Source: Bacteroidales bacterium
GTDB taxonomy: Bacteria; Bacteroidota; Bacteroidia; Bacteroidales; UBA7960
DNA length: 64,000 nt
Assembly: GCA_041687035.1 (NCBI GenBank)
Contig: JAWLCS010000002.1
Location: 22,738 to 86,737 of the forward strand
Direction of reading: 5' to 3'
Shown here piece after piece: positions 38,875 through 49,642 of this stretch; position 1 is the stretch's first letter; every line of letters starts with the position of its first letter. The position numbers and the translations under genes are program-made. Below the pieces are notes generated by a model, which worked only from the letters and a program-made list of their open reading frames with translations, did not search any database and was not told the DNA's origin.

Positions 38875-40626
38875 ATGCTTAGAACACATACCTGCGGCGA
38901 GTTGCGCCTTGAAGACGTTGGAAAAGAAGTGGCACTGGCGGGCTGGATGCAGCGCTCGCGCGACTTGGGCGGCATGACCTTCATCGACCTGCGCGACCGC
39001 TACGGCCTCACCCAGCTGGCCTTTAACATGGAAACCGATAGTGCATTGTGCGAACAGGCCCGCGGGCTGGGACGCGAATATGTGCTGCAGGTAAAAGGCA
39101 CGGTGGCCGAGCGCAGCAACAAAAACCCCAAGATGCCCACCGGCGACGTTGAGATCGTGGTGTCGGAGATCGTGATACTAAACCCGGCCCAGACCCCGCC
39201 CTTCACCATTGAGGAGAACACCGATGGCGGCGACGAGCTGCGCATGAAGTACCGCTACCTCGACATTCGCCGCAGCAGCGTGCGCCGCAACCTGGAGCTG
39301 CGCCACCGCATGGCCGTGGAAACACGCAACTACCTCAGCCATCAGAATTTTATTGAAATAGAGACCCCGGTGCTGATCAAGTCTACTCCCGAAGGGGCGC
39401 GCGACTTTTTGGTGCCTTCGCGGGTGCATGCCGGGCAGTTTTATGCCTTGCCACAGTCGCCCCAAACCTTTAAGCAGCTGCTGATGGTGGCCGGCATCGA
39501 CCGCTACTTCCAGATAGTGAAGTGCTTCCGCGATGAAGACCTGCGCGCCGACCGCCAGCCCGAGTTCACCCAGATCGACTGCGAAATGTCGTTCGTGACC
39601 CGTGACGACGTGCTCGAAACCTTCGAAGGGCTCGCCAAACACCTTTTCAAAGCTGTAAAAGGCGTTGACAATGTGAGCTTTGACCTCATCAGCTATGCCG
39701 ATGCCATGAAATATTATGGTTCAGACAAACCAGACACCCGCTTTGGGATGCGTTTTGAAGAGCTGAACCACCTGGCCCAAAACAAGGGCTTCCAGGTTTT
39801 TGATGAGGCCGAACTGGTGGTGGGCATCAATGCCCCGGGTTGTGCCGAATACACCCGCAAGCAGCTCGACGAGCTCACCGACTGGGTGCGCCGCCCGCAA
39901 ATAGGCGCCAAAGGCCTGGTGTATGTGAAATGCAATGCCGACGGCAGCTTTAAATCGTCGGTTGATAAGTTCTTTGATGCGGATCAGCTAAAGGCCTGGG
40001 CCGAAGCCTTCGGCGCCAAGCCCGGCGACCTGATGCTGGTCCTGGCCGGCGAAGCCAATGCCACCCGCAAGGCCCTGGGCGAGCTACGCCTCGAAATGGG
40101 CAAGCGCCTCGAATTGCGTGACCCAAACAAATTTGCATGCCTCTGGGTGGTTGACTTCCCGCTGCTCGAATGGGACGAGGAGGCACAACGTTTCTTTGCC
40201 ATGCACCACCCCTTTACTTCGCCATTACTGGAAGACATTGAACTGCTGAGCACCGACCCGGGCAAGGTTCGCGCCAACGCCTACGACTTGGTCATTAACG
40301 GGGTGGAGATCGGCGGTGGTTCCATTCGAATTTTCGACCGCACCCTGCAGGAGAAGATGTTTGAAGTGCTGGGCTTCACTCCCGAGGAAGCGCAGAACCA
40401 GTTTGGCTTCCTGCTCGATGCCTTCCGCTACGGCGCGCCCCCGCATGGCGGTATCGCCTTCGGCTTCGACCGCTGGTGCGCCCTTTTCGGCGGCTCTGAC
40501 TCCATTCGCGACTTCATAGCCTTCCCGAAAAACAACGCCGCACGCGATGTGATGATCGACAGTCCCAGCCCGGTGGATGAGAAGCAGTTGAAGGAACTGC
40601 ATTTGAGACTGAACCAAAGCAAGTAA
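38875..40626 (+). CDS. aspS: Aspartate--tRNA ligase
   Basis: [36 protein letters not shown] and PPHGG motifs; TACCTTTG promoter at 38843. Confidence 0.98.
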   Translation: MLRTHTCGELRLEDVGKEVALAGWMQRSRDLGGMTFIDLRDRYGLTQLAFNMETDSALCEQARGLGREYVLQVKGTVAERSNKNPKMPTGDVEIVVSEIVILNPAQTPPFTIEENTDGGDELRMKYRYLDIRRSSVRRNLELRHRMAVETRNYLSHQNFIEIETPVLIKSTPEGARDFLVPSRVHAGQFYALPQSPQTFKQLLMVAGIDRYFQIVKCFRDEDLRADRQPEFTQIDCEMSFVTRDDVLETFEGLAKHLFKAVKGVDNVSFDLISYADAMKYYGSDKPDTRFGMRFEELNHLAQNKGFQVFDEAELVVGINAPGCAEYTRKQLDELTDWVRRPQIGAKGLVYVKCNADGSFKSSVDKFFDADQLKAWAEAFGAKPGDLMLVLAGEANATRKALGELRLEMGKRLELRDPNKFACLWVVDFPLLEWDEEAQRFFAMHHPFTSPLLEDIELLSTDPGKVRANAYDLVINGVEIGGGSIRIFDRTLQEKMFEVLGFTPEEAQNQFGFLLDAFRYGAPPHGGIAFGFDRWCALFGGSDSIRDFIAFPKNNAARDVMIDSPSPVDEKQLKELHLRLNQSK

Positions 40627-40652
40627 AAAAGAAAAAAGCGGTATTAGGTAGT

Positions 40653-40840
40653 AGTCAGAATTATGAATTATGAATTATGATTGATGATTTTAAAAACCGA
40701 ATCCTGAGCCTTGAGCCCAAACCTTAAACAATGAACAAAAAAACCTCCCCCCAACCCCCTCCAAAGGGGGAGTCAAAACCTTGAACCTGAACCGATCCGC
40801 TGGCTAGCGGAGAATAAACCCCAAACCTCAAACCCCAAAC
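40653..40840. repeat. Composite heptamer arrays with nested mini-palindromes
   Basis: ATTATGA x3; CCTGAGC CTTGAGC..CTTAAAC AATGAAC; CCTCCCCCCAACCCCCTCCAAAGGGGGAG; TCCGCT-ggct-AGCGGA; CCCAAAC CTCAAAC CCCAAAC. Confidence 0.8.
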
Positions 40841-40844
40841 TTTC

Positions 40845-42797
40845 TTGATTTCTTTAAATACCATATCGGTCCAGTTTGCAGGTACGCCGCTGTTTGATGA
40901 CATTTCGTTCATTATCAACCGGCGCGACCGTATTGGTCTGGTTGGGAAGAACGGGGCAGGCAAGACCACGCTGATGCGCATCATCAACGGGCAGATGGAG
41001 CCTTCCACGGGGCAGGTAGCCAGCCCTTCGGGCAGCAGCATTGGTTACCTTCCGCAGGAAGTGCAACTAAACAGCCAGCAAAAGGTGATCGATGAGGCCC
41101 TGAATGCCTTTGCGGAGATCAAGAATCTGGAAAGAAAAATTCAGCGGCTGACCGATGAGCTGACACATCGCACCGATTATCACACGGATGCCTATCACGA
41201 CCTGAGCCAGAAGCTGGCCGAAGCCAATGAGCGCTACGATATCCTTGAAGGGGCCACACAGCATGCCAAAGCAGAAAAGGTTTTGCTTGGCCTGGGCTTT
41301 GAGCGCAGCGACCTGCAAAGGCCGCTGACCGAGTTCAGCGGTGGATGGCAGATGCGTGTGGAGCTGGCCAAGATACTTTTGCAAAGTCCCGAGCTGATCA
41401 TGCTCGATGAGCCCACTAACCACCTGGATATTGAGTCGATACAATGGCTCGAAAATTTCCTGATCGACTACCCGGGTGCAGTGCTGGTGGTTTCGCACGA
41501 CAGGGCTTTTCTCGACAACGTTACTACCCGCACCATTGAGATCAGCATGGGCAAGGCCTATGACTACAAGGCCTGCTATTCGGATTACGAGATGCTGCGC
41601 GAGGAACGCCTGGAGCAGGAATTGGCCGCCTTTGGCAACCAGCAACGGCAGATCGCCCAGGTTGAACATTTCATTACACGCTTCCGTGCCAAAAACACAA
41701 AAGCCCGCCAGGTAAAGAGCAAAATTAAAATGCTCGAGAAGATGGAAAAGGTAGAGGTGGAAGAGCTCGATAAAAGCAGCATTCATTTCCGTTTTCCGGA
41801 GGCTCCCCCTTCGGGGAAAGTTGTGATTGAAGCGGTTGAAGTTTCAAAAAGCTATGGCAGCAAGCAGGTGCTGCGCGACCTGAATTTTATGGTGGCACGC
41901 GGCGAGCGGATTGCCTTCGTGGGCCGCAACGGCGAAGGAAAAACCACGCTTTCGCGCGTCATCATTGGAGACCTGGAGCACCAGGGGCAGATAAAGCTGG
42001 GTCACAATGTGAAGATCGGCTATTACGCCCAGAACCAGGCGGAGTACCTTGATCCGGAGAAGACGGTTTTTCAGACTTTGGATGATGTGGCTGCCGGCGA
42101 AGTGCGCAAACAAACCCGCAACATCCTGGGTGGCTTTCTTTTCAGCGGCGATGACATTGACAAAAAGGTGAAGGTGCTTTCGGGCGGAGAAAAGTCGCGC
42201 CTGGCCATAGCCAAGCTCCTGCTTGAGCCGGTGAACCTGTTGGTACTCGATGAGCCCACCAACCACCTCGATATGCGCTCAAAAGACATCCTGAAAAGCG
42301 CCTTGCTGCAGTTTAATGGCACCATTATCCTGGTGTCGCACGACCGTGACTTCCTTCAGGGTCTCACGGGAAAGGTTTTTGAATTCCGCACCAGGAAAAT
42401 AAAAGAGTTTATTGGCGATGTGTACGATTTCATTGACCATCGCAACATTGAATCGCTGAAGCAGTTGGAAGCCGGGCGCAAAGCAATTCAGGCCGACCGG
42501 GAAACGGGCGAGTCGGCAAGCCGTCAGAATTGGGAACAGAAGAAACAGTTTGAGCGCGAGTTGCGCAAGCTTCAGAATGGCATTGAAAAGGCCGAAAAAG
42601 AAATTGAAAGCTGCGAAAAGGAAATGGCCGAACTGGAGAAAATCATTGCCAATCCTGCTTTAGACCTTCAAAGGATTGAGAGCGGAGAGGTTTTTAAAAA
42701 TTACGAGGCACAAAAAATCCGCCTGGCAAAAGCGGAAAAAGATTGGGAACAGTTCCACCTGGAACTGGAAGTCCTTGAAAAAAAACAGGAAGGTTGA
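40845..42797 (+). CDS. ABC-F family ATP-binding protein
   Basis: Two ABC domains (GKNGAGKT, GRNGEGKT, LDEPTNHLD twice), no TM segments, coiled-coil tail. Confidence 0.95.
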   Translation: MISLNTISVQFAGTPLFDDISFIINRRDRIGLVGKNGAGKTTLMRIINGQMEPSTGQVASPSGSSIGYLPQEVQLNSQQKVIDEALNAFAEIKNLERKIQRLTDELTHRTDYHTDAYHDLSQKLAEANERYDILEGATQHAKAEKVLLGLGFERSDLQRPLTEFSGGWQMRVELAKILLQSPELIMLDEPTNHLDIESIQWLENFLIDYPGAVLVVSHDRAFLDNVTTRTIEISMGKAYDYKACYSDYEMLREERLEQELAAFGNQQRQIAQVEHFITRFRAKNTKARQVKSKIKMLEKMEKVEVEELDKSSIHFRFPEAPPSGKVVIEAVEVSKSYGSKQVLRDLNFMVARGERIAFVGRNGEGKTTLSRVIIGDLEHQGQIKLGHNVKIGYYAQNQAEYLDPEKTVFQTLDDVAAGEVRKQTRNILGGFLFSGDDIDKKVKVLSGGEKSRLAIAKLLLEPVNLLVLDEPTNHLDMRSKDILKSALLQFNGTIILVSHDRDFLQGLTGKVFEFRTRKIKEFIGDVYDFIDHRNIESLKQLEAGRKAIQADRETGESASRQNWEQKKQFERELRKLQNGIEKAEKEIESCEKEMAELEKIIANPALDLQRIESGEVFKNYEAQKIRLAKAEKDWEQFHLELEVLEKKQEG

Positions 42798-43442
42798 TCA
42801 GATCTTTACAATCTTGTTTTTAATTGCAAACACTACGAGTTCGGCGGTATTGCTGAGCTTCAGCTTCTTCATTATGTTGGCCTTGTGGGCTTCCACTGTA
42901 CGCACACTGATGCAAAACTGTTCGGCCATTTGCTGGTTGGTACCGCCCTTGGCTATAGCACGCAAAATTTCAAGCTCACGATCGGTAAGCTTAAACTGTC
43001 CGTCTTTTTTGTTCTTATCTTTTAAAAAGTTCTCGATCAGAATATCGGAAACAAATCCCTTGCTGTAATGCTCTCCGCGCATAACCGTACGAATGGCTTC
43101 CACCAGTTGCCCGGGCTTGAAATTTTTGGGCACATAAGCCATGGCACCGGCTTCAAAGCCCATAACAATCACTTCTTCACTCACTGAAGATGAATGAAGC
43201 ACCACTTTGGTGTCAGGAAAGTCGCGGGTAACTTTGCGGGTAAGTTCAATACCGTTCATGCCCGGAATGGAAATATCGATAACCACCACATCGGGCCTAA
43301 GGTCAGAAACTTTATTCAAACCTTCTTCACCATCTTTGGCCACACCCACCAGCTTCATGTCAGGAATTTTTGAAAAGACCTGCCGAACAGCCAAAATTAT
43401 CAGGTCGTGGTCGTCAATAACCAGCACGTTAATTTTGTCCAT
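42798..43442 (-). CDS. NarL/LuxR family response regulator (no adjacent kinase)
   Basis: DDH, DISIPGMNG receiver; LTDRE...SVRTVEAH HTH. Confidence 0.95.
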   Translation of the reverse strand: MDKINVLVIDDHDLIILAVRQVFSKIPDMKLVGVAKDGEEGLNKVSDLRPDVVVIDISIPGMNGIELTRKVTRDFPDTKVVLHSSSVSEEVIVMGFEAGAMAYVPKNFKPGQLVEAIRTVMRGEHYSKGFVSDILIENFLKDKNKKDGQFKLTDRELEILRAIAKGGTNQQMAEQFCISVRTVEAHKANIMKKLKLSNTAELVVFAIKNKIVKI

Positions 43443-43554
43443 ACATCCCCCCTAAATTGGCATACCCTACGAACAAGGTATACTTTACCGACAAATTTAA
43501 CAAAATATATCATTAACTGCAACAAACCCCTAAGTAAAATACGTAATAAATTTT

Positions 43555-44808
43555 TCATTCATAGCGTAAAGACTCTATCGGGTCGAGTCCGGCAGCTTTT
43601 GCAGCGGGGTAATACCCTGCTACCAGGCCTACTCCAACACAAAGGGCAACGCCCCCAATGACCCATATCCATGGAATAATAAACGGGTTTCCTATGACAA
43701 TGGAGATAATATTTCCGATAAGAATTCCCAGTACTATTCCAAGAATTCCACCGATCTGGCATATGACTATGGCTTCGGCCAGAAATTGTTGCTTTATTAC
43801 CTTACGTGTTGCCCCTAATGCTTTCCGTATACCAATTTCCTGGGTTCTTTCTGTTACGGAAACCAGCATGATGTTCATCAGGCCGATGGCGGCGCCCACC
43901 AGTGTAATGATTCCGATAAGGCTTGCGGCCATGGTTACATAGCGCAGGTTCTCAATCAGGGCCTGTGCAATGTTGTCGCTGCGTGCAATGTCGAAGTTGA
44001 GGCTTTCGCCAGTCCTCACCCCCCTGATTACCCTGAAGAGGCCTGTGGCTTCGCCAATAGCCGCCTCCATGTCGGCTACTTTGTTCGAGTTTACCGAAAT
44101 GGTATAATTCATGTTTGGCCTCGAGAAGTTTTTGCGGGCAGTGACCAGGGGTATGATGCATCGCAGGTCGTCCGACATGCCCATAGCAGCCCCTTTGCTT
44201 TTCATTACGCCAATTACCTGGTAGCGGGTGTTGCCGAAAGCGACCGAAGCCATCAGTGGGTTTTCGTTATCAGGAAACAAGGTTTTAACTACATCCGAGC
44301 CAAGAATTACCACATTTTCGCCAAACTGAAGTTCGCGCGAAGAGAAATTCCGACCTGATTCCAGCTCGTTTCCGGAAGTAATCAAGTAGTTCTCATCGCT
44401 GCCTACTACCGACACATTGGGGTTGGTTTCGCGCGAGCGAAAGCGAACCACAGTGGAGCCAGTACCGAAGATAGATACCGAAACCTGCGCAGGAAAGTCG
44501 AAACGCTCTTTGAATGCAACTGCCTCATCGTAGCTAATGTTCCGATAGACCTGCGATTGCCCACCGCCGCCCCCACCAATTATTACCCGCATCTCGCGAT
44601 TGCGAATGGTAAAACTGTTGGCACCCAAACGGGCAAAATTGGAGGTAATGGAAGACTTAATGGAGTCGATTGCGGTAAGAATTCCAACCAAAGCCATTAT
44701 GCCAAAAGCAATAATAAGCACTGTAAGTGAAGTACGCAGCATATGGGTGCGTATGGATGCCAGCGAAATTTTAATGTTCTCTATCAGTATAGCCCTGTCT
44801 GGCAGCAT
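43555..44808 (-). CDS. MacB/FtsX family ABC permease
   Basis: RTSLT..II.FGI, NIMLVSVTERTQEIGIRKALGA and PA.KAA.LDPIESLRYE motifs. Confidence 0.93.
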   Translation of the reverse strand: MLPDRAILIENIKISLASIRTHMLRTSLTVLIIAFGIMALVGILTAIDSIKSSITSNFARLGANSFTIRNREMRVIIGGGGGGQSQVYRNISYDEAVAFKERFDFPAQVSVSIFGTGSTVVRFRSRETNPNVSVVGSDENYLITSGNELESGRNFSSRELQFGENVVILGSDVVKTLFPDNENPLMASVAFGNTRYQVIGVMKSKGAAMGMSDDLRCIIPLVTARKNFSRPNMNYTISVNSNKVADMEAAIGEATGLFRVIRGVRTGESLNFDIARSDNIAQALIENLRYVTMAASLIGIITLVGAAIGLMNIMLVSVTERTQEIGIRKALGATRKVIKQQFLAEAIVICQIGGILGIVLGILIGNIISIVIGNPFIIPWIWVIGGVALCVGVGLVAGYYPAAKAAGLDPIESLRYE

Positions 44809-44827
44809 CTTTCTAAAATTTCCATGG

Positions 44828-45478
44828 TTATAATTTGTTTCCGAAAGCTAAATCGCCGGCATCGCCCAGGCCGGGAACGATGTAAGCCTTTGCGGTTAGT
44901 TCATCGTCCACTTCGCCCAGCCACAAAGTATAATCTTCATGAGGCAGATGTTTCTTGATATACTCTACACCCTGGGCACTGGCAAGCACTGCCACGATAT
45001 GGGTATGCCGGGGTTTGCCCCGATGCAGCAACTCCTTGTAAGTGAGCACCAGTGAGGCCCCCGTAGCCAGCATTGGGTCGCTGATCACCAAATCTTTACC
45101 GTCGAGGTTGGGGCAAGAGATGTATTCGATCTTGATGTCGAAGCGTCCGTTTTTATGGTGCTTGCGGTAAGCAGAAATAAAGGCATTTTCGGCCCGGTCG
45201 AAATAGTTGAGAATGCCCTGGTGCAGCGGCAGTCCTGCCCTCAGAATGGTGGCAATAACCGGCTGCTCGGCCAGCACTTGGCATTGAGCCGATCCCAGTG
45301 GCGTAATCACTTCCTGCTGGCTCCAGCCAAGGGTTTTGCTTATCTCGTAGGCAAAAATCTCACCCAGCCGCTCCATGTTGCGCCTGAAGCGCAGGCTGTC
45401 CTTTTGTATCTCCACATCGCGCACCTCGGCAATGAAATGCTTAAGCAACGAGCTTTTATTTCCAAGATAATGTATCAT
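44828..45478 (-). CDS. upp: Uracil phosphoribosyltransferase
   Basis: ILRAGL, DPMLATG and YIVPGLGDAGD motifs. Confidence 0.95.
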   Translation of the reverse strand: MIHYLGNKSSLLKHFIAEVRDVEIQKDSLRFRRNMERLGEIFAYEISKTLGWSQQEVITPLGSAQCQVLAEQPVIATILRAGLPLHQGILNYFDRAENAFISAYRKHHKNGRFDIKIEYISCPNLDGKDLVISDPMLATGASLVLTYKELLHRGKPRHTHIVAVLASAQGVEYIKKHLPHEDYTLWLGEVDDELTAKAYIVPGLGDAGDLAFGNKL

Positions 45479-45491
45479 ACACGCCACAAAT

Positions 45492-46448
45492 TTAAGATAT
45501 TGCCCTTTTCTTTTGCTGCCATTGCCGGTAAAGGCCAACCAGCTGCCTGAGGCCAAAAGGCATTCGGTTTATTTCAATTTGTAAAAATACACATTCTTTT
45601 GAACCGAAACCCTTATAAAATCTTGCAAGTTGCGGATCAGACGAGCCTTCAAAGTCGAGCACCAGCTCCTTCCCGGCCATTTCCCTGATATAATTATCAA
45701 CCAACAAAAACATTGCCCCATTATCCCGCGCCATCGGAGTGCTACCCGAAAAAAGGAAGACCGTTTTCTTATGGCTTTGAAAAAACACAATGCCGGCACA
45801 AAAATTATTCTCGACCGTATAGGCGCTCATAATCGAAACCATGCCGCGGTGCATGCCCGAATAAATCAAATGCTTGAGCACCATATAGTCTTCTTCCGAA
45901 AGGGCCTTTATCTCCCGGCCACGGTTTTTTCTGAAAGTCTCTATGATCTCTTCAGGGCGGCCGTGGGATGTTACAAAAACGCCCGCCTTTTCTGCTTTTT
46001 TAATGTTGCGGCGGGTATTTGACGAGTAACGTTGCACTATCTGCTCATAAGCCTCAATAAGGTCGAGGTGGTGGGTAATGCGGTTGGACGTTCTTATTCC
46101 AGTAATCTCATTGACCTGATTGAAGGTGTTCAGGTTTAGGTCGGCAAAACAGAAGTGGCGTGGCATGGCATTAAGGAATCGCGTGGTGACTTCTGCCGAA
46201 AGGCTGCTAGTGCTGAAAATGCCCAGTTGCTGCACGAAAAAAGGTTGGTAAATATAATTTATCCCGAGCTTTTTACGGCTGGGCAGCGGCATCACGGTCT
46301 CATAGTCGCCGTCTACCAGCGCAGCCCAGCCCGGGGCGGTCATATCGAGATACCAGGAGTAGGCGTAAAAAATACCGTTGAGCGACCGCTCAATACAATG
46401 GTCCCACTTTTCAAAGTCAATTTGCTGGTTTTCAAGGTACCTGATCAT
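45492..46448 (-). CDS. GNAT/FemAB-like N-acyltransferase
   Basis: YA.SWYLD, QPFFVQQLG and LDFEGS....ARFYKGFG motifs. Confidence 0.8.
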   Translation of the reverse strand: MIRYLENQQIDFEKWDHCIERSLNGIFYAYSWYLDMTAPGWAALVDGDYETVMPLPSRKKLGINYIYQPFFVQQLGIFSTSSLSAEVTTRFLNAMPRHFCFADLNLNTFNQVNEITGIRTSNRITHHLDLIEAYEQIVQRYSSNTRRNIKKAEKAGVFVTSHGRPEEIIETFRKNRGREIKALSEEDYMVLKHLIYSGMHRGMVSIMSAYTVENNFCAGIVFFQSHKKTVFLFSGSTPMARDNGAMFLLVDNYIREMAGKELVLDFEGSSDPQLARFYKGFGSKECVFLQIEINRMPFGLRQLVGLYRQWQQKKRAIS

Positions 46449-47769
46449 GGGTCATTGTTTTTTTTGCGGCCATTTCAATCAGCTGTTCATATACATTGCG
46501 CCAGCCCTTCCATTTTCCGCATTCGCACAAAGGCTCATTATGCCACAGGCTCATAAAAATACCATCCACTGCGCGCACAGCCTCCACCAGTTTAGCGATC
46601 CGCTCTATGGCCTGCTCAGGCTTCAGGCCCAGGTAATCTTTCAGGGTGCCGTCCATTACGGCAAAAGGGAATACTTTCAGGCTGGTAATTTCTTCGCGTC
46701 CCAGGTCGTAAAAAAAGAAGGGGCTGGCAATAGAGGCCCTGAACCCTGGCTGCGAGGCGTAACCCATGGTGAAATCGTGGTCGATGTTGTTGCGAATCAG
46801 GTTGCGGTAGGTTGCAGGCATTTGCATTCTCAGGTAATGCTGCCGGCTAAAGTGGATGTCGCGGTTAAGAATTTTTGATAATCTCGCCACTTCCGTGGAA
46901 AGCTTTTCGGGGTCCTCGCCTGTGGCGTAAGAAGGGTGTATGCCAGTGTATGCATAGTCGCTGACCTTTTTTACCAGGTTTTGAAAAACGGTAGAAAAAA
47001 CGGAGATGTTGCGATCGAAGGGTCCATAATCGGCACAAAGAAAGAAGTAAAACGCCCTTAAGCTGTATTTGCGGTGCCAGTCAAGCTGAAGGTCGTAGGT
47101 GTCAAATGGATCTGCGGTCTTTTGGATGAGGACCTGCTGTCGTTCTTTAAGCCCAGCAAAATCCAACTGAAAAAGTGATCGCAGGCTGGCGCCCACCCCC
47201 CTGAAAAAGCCCCTGCCACGGTAGGCATAGGCAATATCAATATCGTAGGTGGGTACAAATGAATATTCCCTGACGGGAAAGACCAGCTCAGGAAATTTTT
47301 GCAGCAAGGCCTTATGCAACAAAATGGCATAGTGGTTAGCTACAGGCACATCAAGAAACCCATGTTTGAAAGCAAAGCTATACCCGGCCTGAAAGCGACC
47401 GTGCCGGTCTTTCTCATGCGGCAAGTACTCTTCGTAACGGCTAACCAGGTAAAAGGAAGCGGCAAAAAGATCGAATCCAAAATCATCGTCTGTTCCATTG
47501 CAGGGGAAAAGGCAAGGCAGCTCCCCTTTTCGCACCAGGTCAGGTTCAAAAGCCTGCACCCCACGTTTTTCAAGGAAACCCGACGGATTAATCAGCACTT
47601 CCTTCCCCGAAAGGGGGGCCTTGCTGTAGTTTACCTTCGCGCCTTCAAAGCCCGAAAAGACCTCTGGGCTGATGGTTAGGTCCCATTCAACACCCAGCAA
47701 GGTATCGAAGATGAGATTGAGCGTGTATTTCAACCGGCTGGTAACCTTTGTACAATATACCAAAACCAT
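46432..47769 (-). CDS. Polysaccharide deacetylase-like protein (DUF7033-type)
   Basis: SRYEEY...D.HGRF, TYDID, GIHPSY, RQHYL and LWHN motifs. Confidence 0.82.
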   Translation of the reverse strand: MVLVYCTKVTSRLKYTLNLIFDTLLGVEWDLTISPEVFSGFEGAKVNYSKAPLSGKEVLINPSGFLEKRGVQAFEPDLVRKGELPCLFPCNGTDDDFGFDLFAASFYLVSRYEEYLPHEKDRHGRFQAGYSFAFKHGFLDVPVANHYAILLHKALLQKFPELVFPVREYSFVPTYDIDIAYAYRGRGFFRGVGASLRSLFQLDFAGLKERQQVLIQKTADPFDTYDLQLDWHRKYSLRAFYFFLCADYGPFDRNISVFSTVFQNLVKKVSDYAYTGIHPSYATGEDPEKLSTEVARLSKILNRDIHFSRQHYLRMQMPATYRNLIRNNIDHDFTMGYASQPGFRASIASPFFFYDLGREEITSLKVFPFAVMDGTLKDYLGLKPEQAIERIAKLVEAVRAVDGIFMSLWHNEPLCECGKWKGWRNVYEQLIEMAAKKTMTHDQVP

Positions 47770-47876
47770 AGCGAAAAATTATCAGGAGACTTTGCGACGT
47801 AAAGGTAAAAGTAAATTTGATTTTTGATCAATAGCCCGGCCTGGGCACTACGCTTTAAGTTTTTTCATGCAACCGT

Positions 47877-48602
47877 TTACAGCAATCCTTCGTCGGCAAA
47901 GCTGAAATATTTTTCGTGGGCAATAATGAGGTGATCGAGTACCGGCAACTCAAGAAATGCGCCAGCTTCCTTGCACTTGCGTGTAATCTTTATATCGTTT
48001 TCGCTGGGGCGGAGGGCCCCACTGGGGTGGTTGTGGCAAATGATGATGCCGGAGGCATTGTCATCGAGGGCCATTTTAAAAATTTTCTTGGGATCGGCCA
48101 CCGTGCCTTCCACCCCACCCTCGCTAATGCAAATAGTCCGTTTTACTTTATTGGAGCGGTTAAGGGTGATTACCCAAAACTCTTCATAAGCCAGGTCGCC
48201 CAGTATGGGTTGCATCAGCTCGAAGGCATCGCGGCTCGAAGTGATGGTTTGGCGCTGCAGGCTCTCGCTTTGGCGGCGGCGGCGCCCCAGCTCAAGGGCA
48301 GCAATAATGTTGATGGCTTTGGCATGGCCTATGCCTTTGAAGCGAAGAAGGTCTGGAATCCCTAGGCGCGAAAGTTCCGAGAGGTTATTTGAAACGCTGG
48401 CCAGAATTCTTTTGGAGAGGTCAACGGCCGATTCGTTGGCAGACCCAGAGCCAATGATAATGGCAAGCAACTCGGCATCCGACAGGGCCTTCTGGCTTTT
48501 TTCCAGGAGTTTTTCGCGCGGGCGGTCGTGCTCGGCCCACGACTTAATGCTTTTGAGTTTTGCCACCGGCTCTTCGGCAGGCAGGTTGGTTTTGGTTGAC
48601 AT
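47877..48602 (-). CDS. radC: RadC (JAB/MPN domain) protein
   Basis: DRPREKL, GIG.AKA, HNHPSG...PS..D and DHLI motifs. Confidence 0.95.
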   Translation of the reverse strand: MSTKTNLPAEEPVAKLKSIKSWAEHDRPREKLLEKSQKALSDAELLAIIIGSGSANESAVDLSKRILASVSNNLSELSRLGIPDLLRFKGIGHAKAINIIAALELGRRRRQSESLQRQTITSSRDAFELMQPILGDLAYEEFWVITLNRSNKVKRTICISEGGVEGTVADPKKIFKMALDDNASGIIICHNHPSGALRPSENDIKITRKCKEAGAFLELPVLDHLIIAHEKYFSFADEGLL

Positions 48603-48698
48603 AGCAGTTCTGTTCAGCAAGTTTCTGATAAACGAACAGGAAATGTTATTGGTCGAAGAACAGGTCGATCCTGAGCTAATATACAAAGAATCCGGAAT

Positions 48699-48734
48699 AA
48701 AAAAAAGACCCTCCGCTTGCGGAAGGTCTTTTTT
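48699..48734. terminator. Terminator after tRNA-Glu
   Basis: AAAAAAGACC-ctccgcttgcggaa-GGTCTTTTTT. Confidence 0.85.
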
Positions 48735-48735
48735 G

Positions 48736-48807
48736 TAGCCCGTAGGGGATTCGAACCCCTGTTACAAGGATGAAAACCTTGCGTCCTAACCCCTAGACGA
48801 ACGGGCC
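48736..48807 (-). tRNA. tRNA-Glu (TTC)
   Basis: GGCCCGT acceptor stem; CAAGG-TTTTCAT-CCTTG anticodon arm; GGTTCGAATCC T arm. Confidence 0.97.
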
Positions 48808-48887
48808 ATTATTTTTTTGGGCTGCAAAGGTATATTATTTTCAAAAACGGTCAATAACCTCTAAGAAAAAACCTTTGCTGCAGTAGC

Positions 48888-49142
48888 TTACTGCAATTTG
48901 TTCACATGGCGCATAAGGCTCGACTTGAGGTTGGAAGCCTTATTGTTATGAATTACCCTGCGCTTTGCAAGCTTATCGACCAGCGAAAGCACCTTAGGAA
49001 GCTTCTCAGCAGCCTCGGCCTTATCGGTGGTGTTGCGCAGCCTTTTTACGGCATTGCGGGTTGTTTTTGCATAATAGCGGTTCCTGAGCCTTTTGGCGTT
49101 GTTGGAACGAATTCTTTTTTGTGCTGACTTATGGTTGGCCAT
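48888..49142 (-). CDS. rpsT: 30S ribosomal protein S20
   Basis: [12 protein letters not shown]...IH.NKA..LKS.L. Confidence 0.98.
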   Translation of the reverse strand: MANHKSAQKRIRSNNAKRLRNRYYAKTTRNAVKRLRNTTDKAEAAEKLPKVLSLVDKLAKRRVIHNNKASNLKSSLMRHVNKLQ

Positions 49143-49180
49143 GATAACCTTTTATTACAATTTTAAAAAACTTTTTGTTG

Positions 49181-49252
49181 TAGCCCGTAGGGGATTCGAA
49201 CCCCTGTTACAAGGATGAAAACCTTGCGTCCTAACCCCTAGACGAACGGGCC
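49181..49252 (-). tRNA. tRNA-Glu (TTC), identical copy
   Basis: 72 nt identical to 48736-48807. Confidence 0.97.
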
Positions 49253-49642
49253 TTCTTTTCCCGAAAAAGGAGTGCAAATGTAAAACAATTTTGTCATTCT
49301 GCAAAACCCTTTTGGCTTTTTTGGAAATATTTTTGACCAAAAAGGACTTTCCTGCCCGGAAAAGAGGTCCCTCGCTCGCCAAAAAAAGCTGTTTTAATAA
49401 AGAAAAGCGGGGATTCAGAGACTATTTCTGTTTTTTTTTAACTCCCATTCAATGCAGTTGATTTACTGATAGGTTTGAAAACACAGAGGTTTGAGCGAAA
49501 AACAGCCTTTTTGGTGCCCAAACGAAAGCATAACAAAATCTTAAATTGCTAAATGTAATACGATTTTTTTATATATTTGTAGTGTTAAATAAAGCGTTAA
49601 CGAAACCAAAAAACTGATTAACCCAATACTAAAGAGAAACGT

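Noticed and set aside
47877-48807. radC beside a tRNA as a sign of an integrated element
   Set aside because: Full-length housekeeping-type RadC, no integrase and no partial tRNA att duplicate
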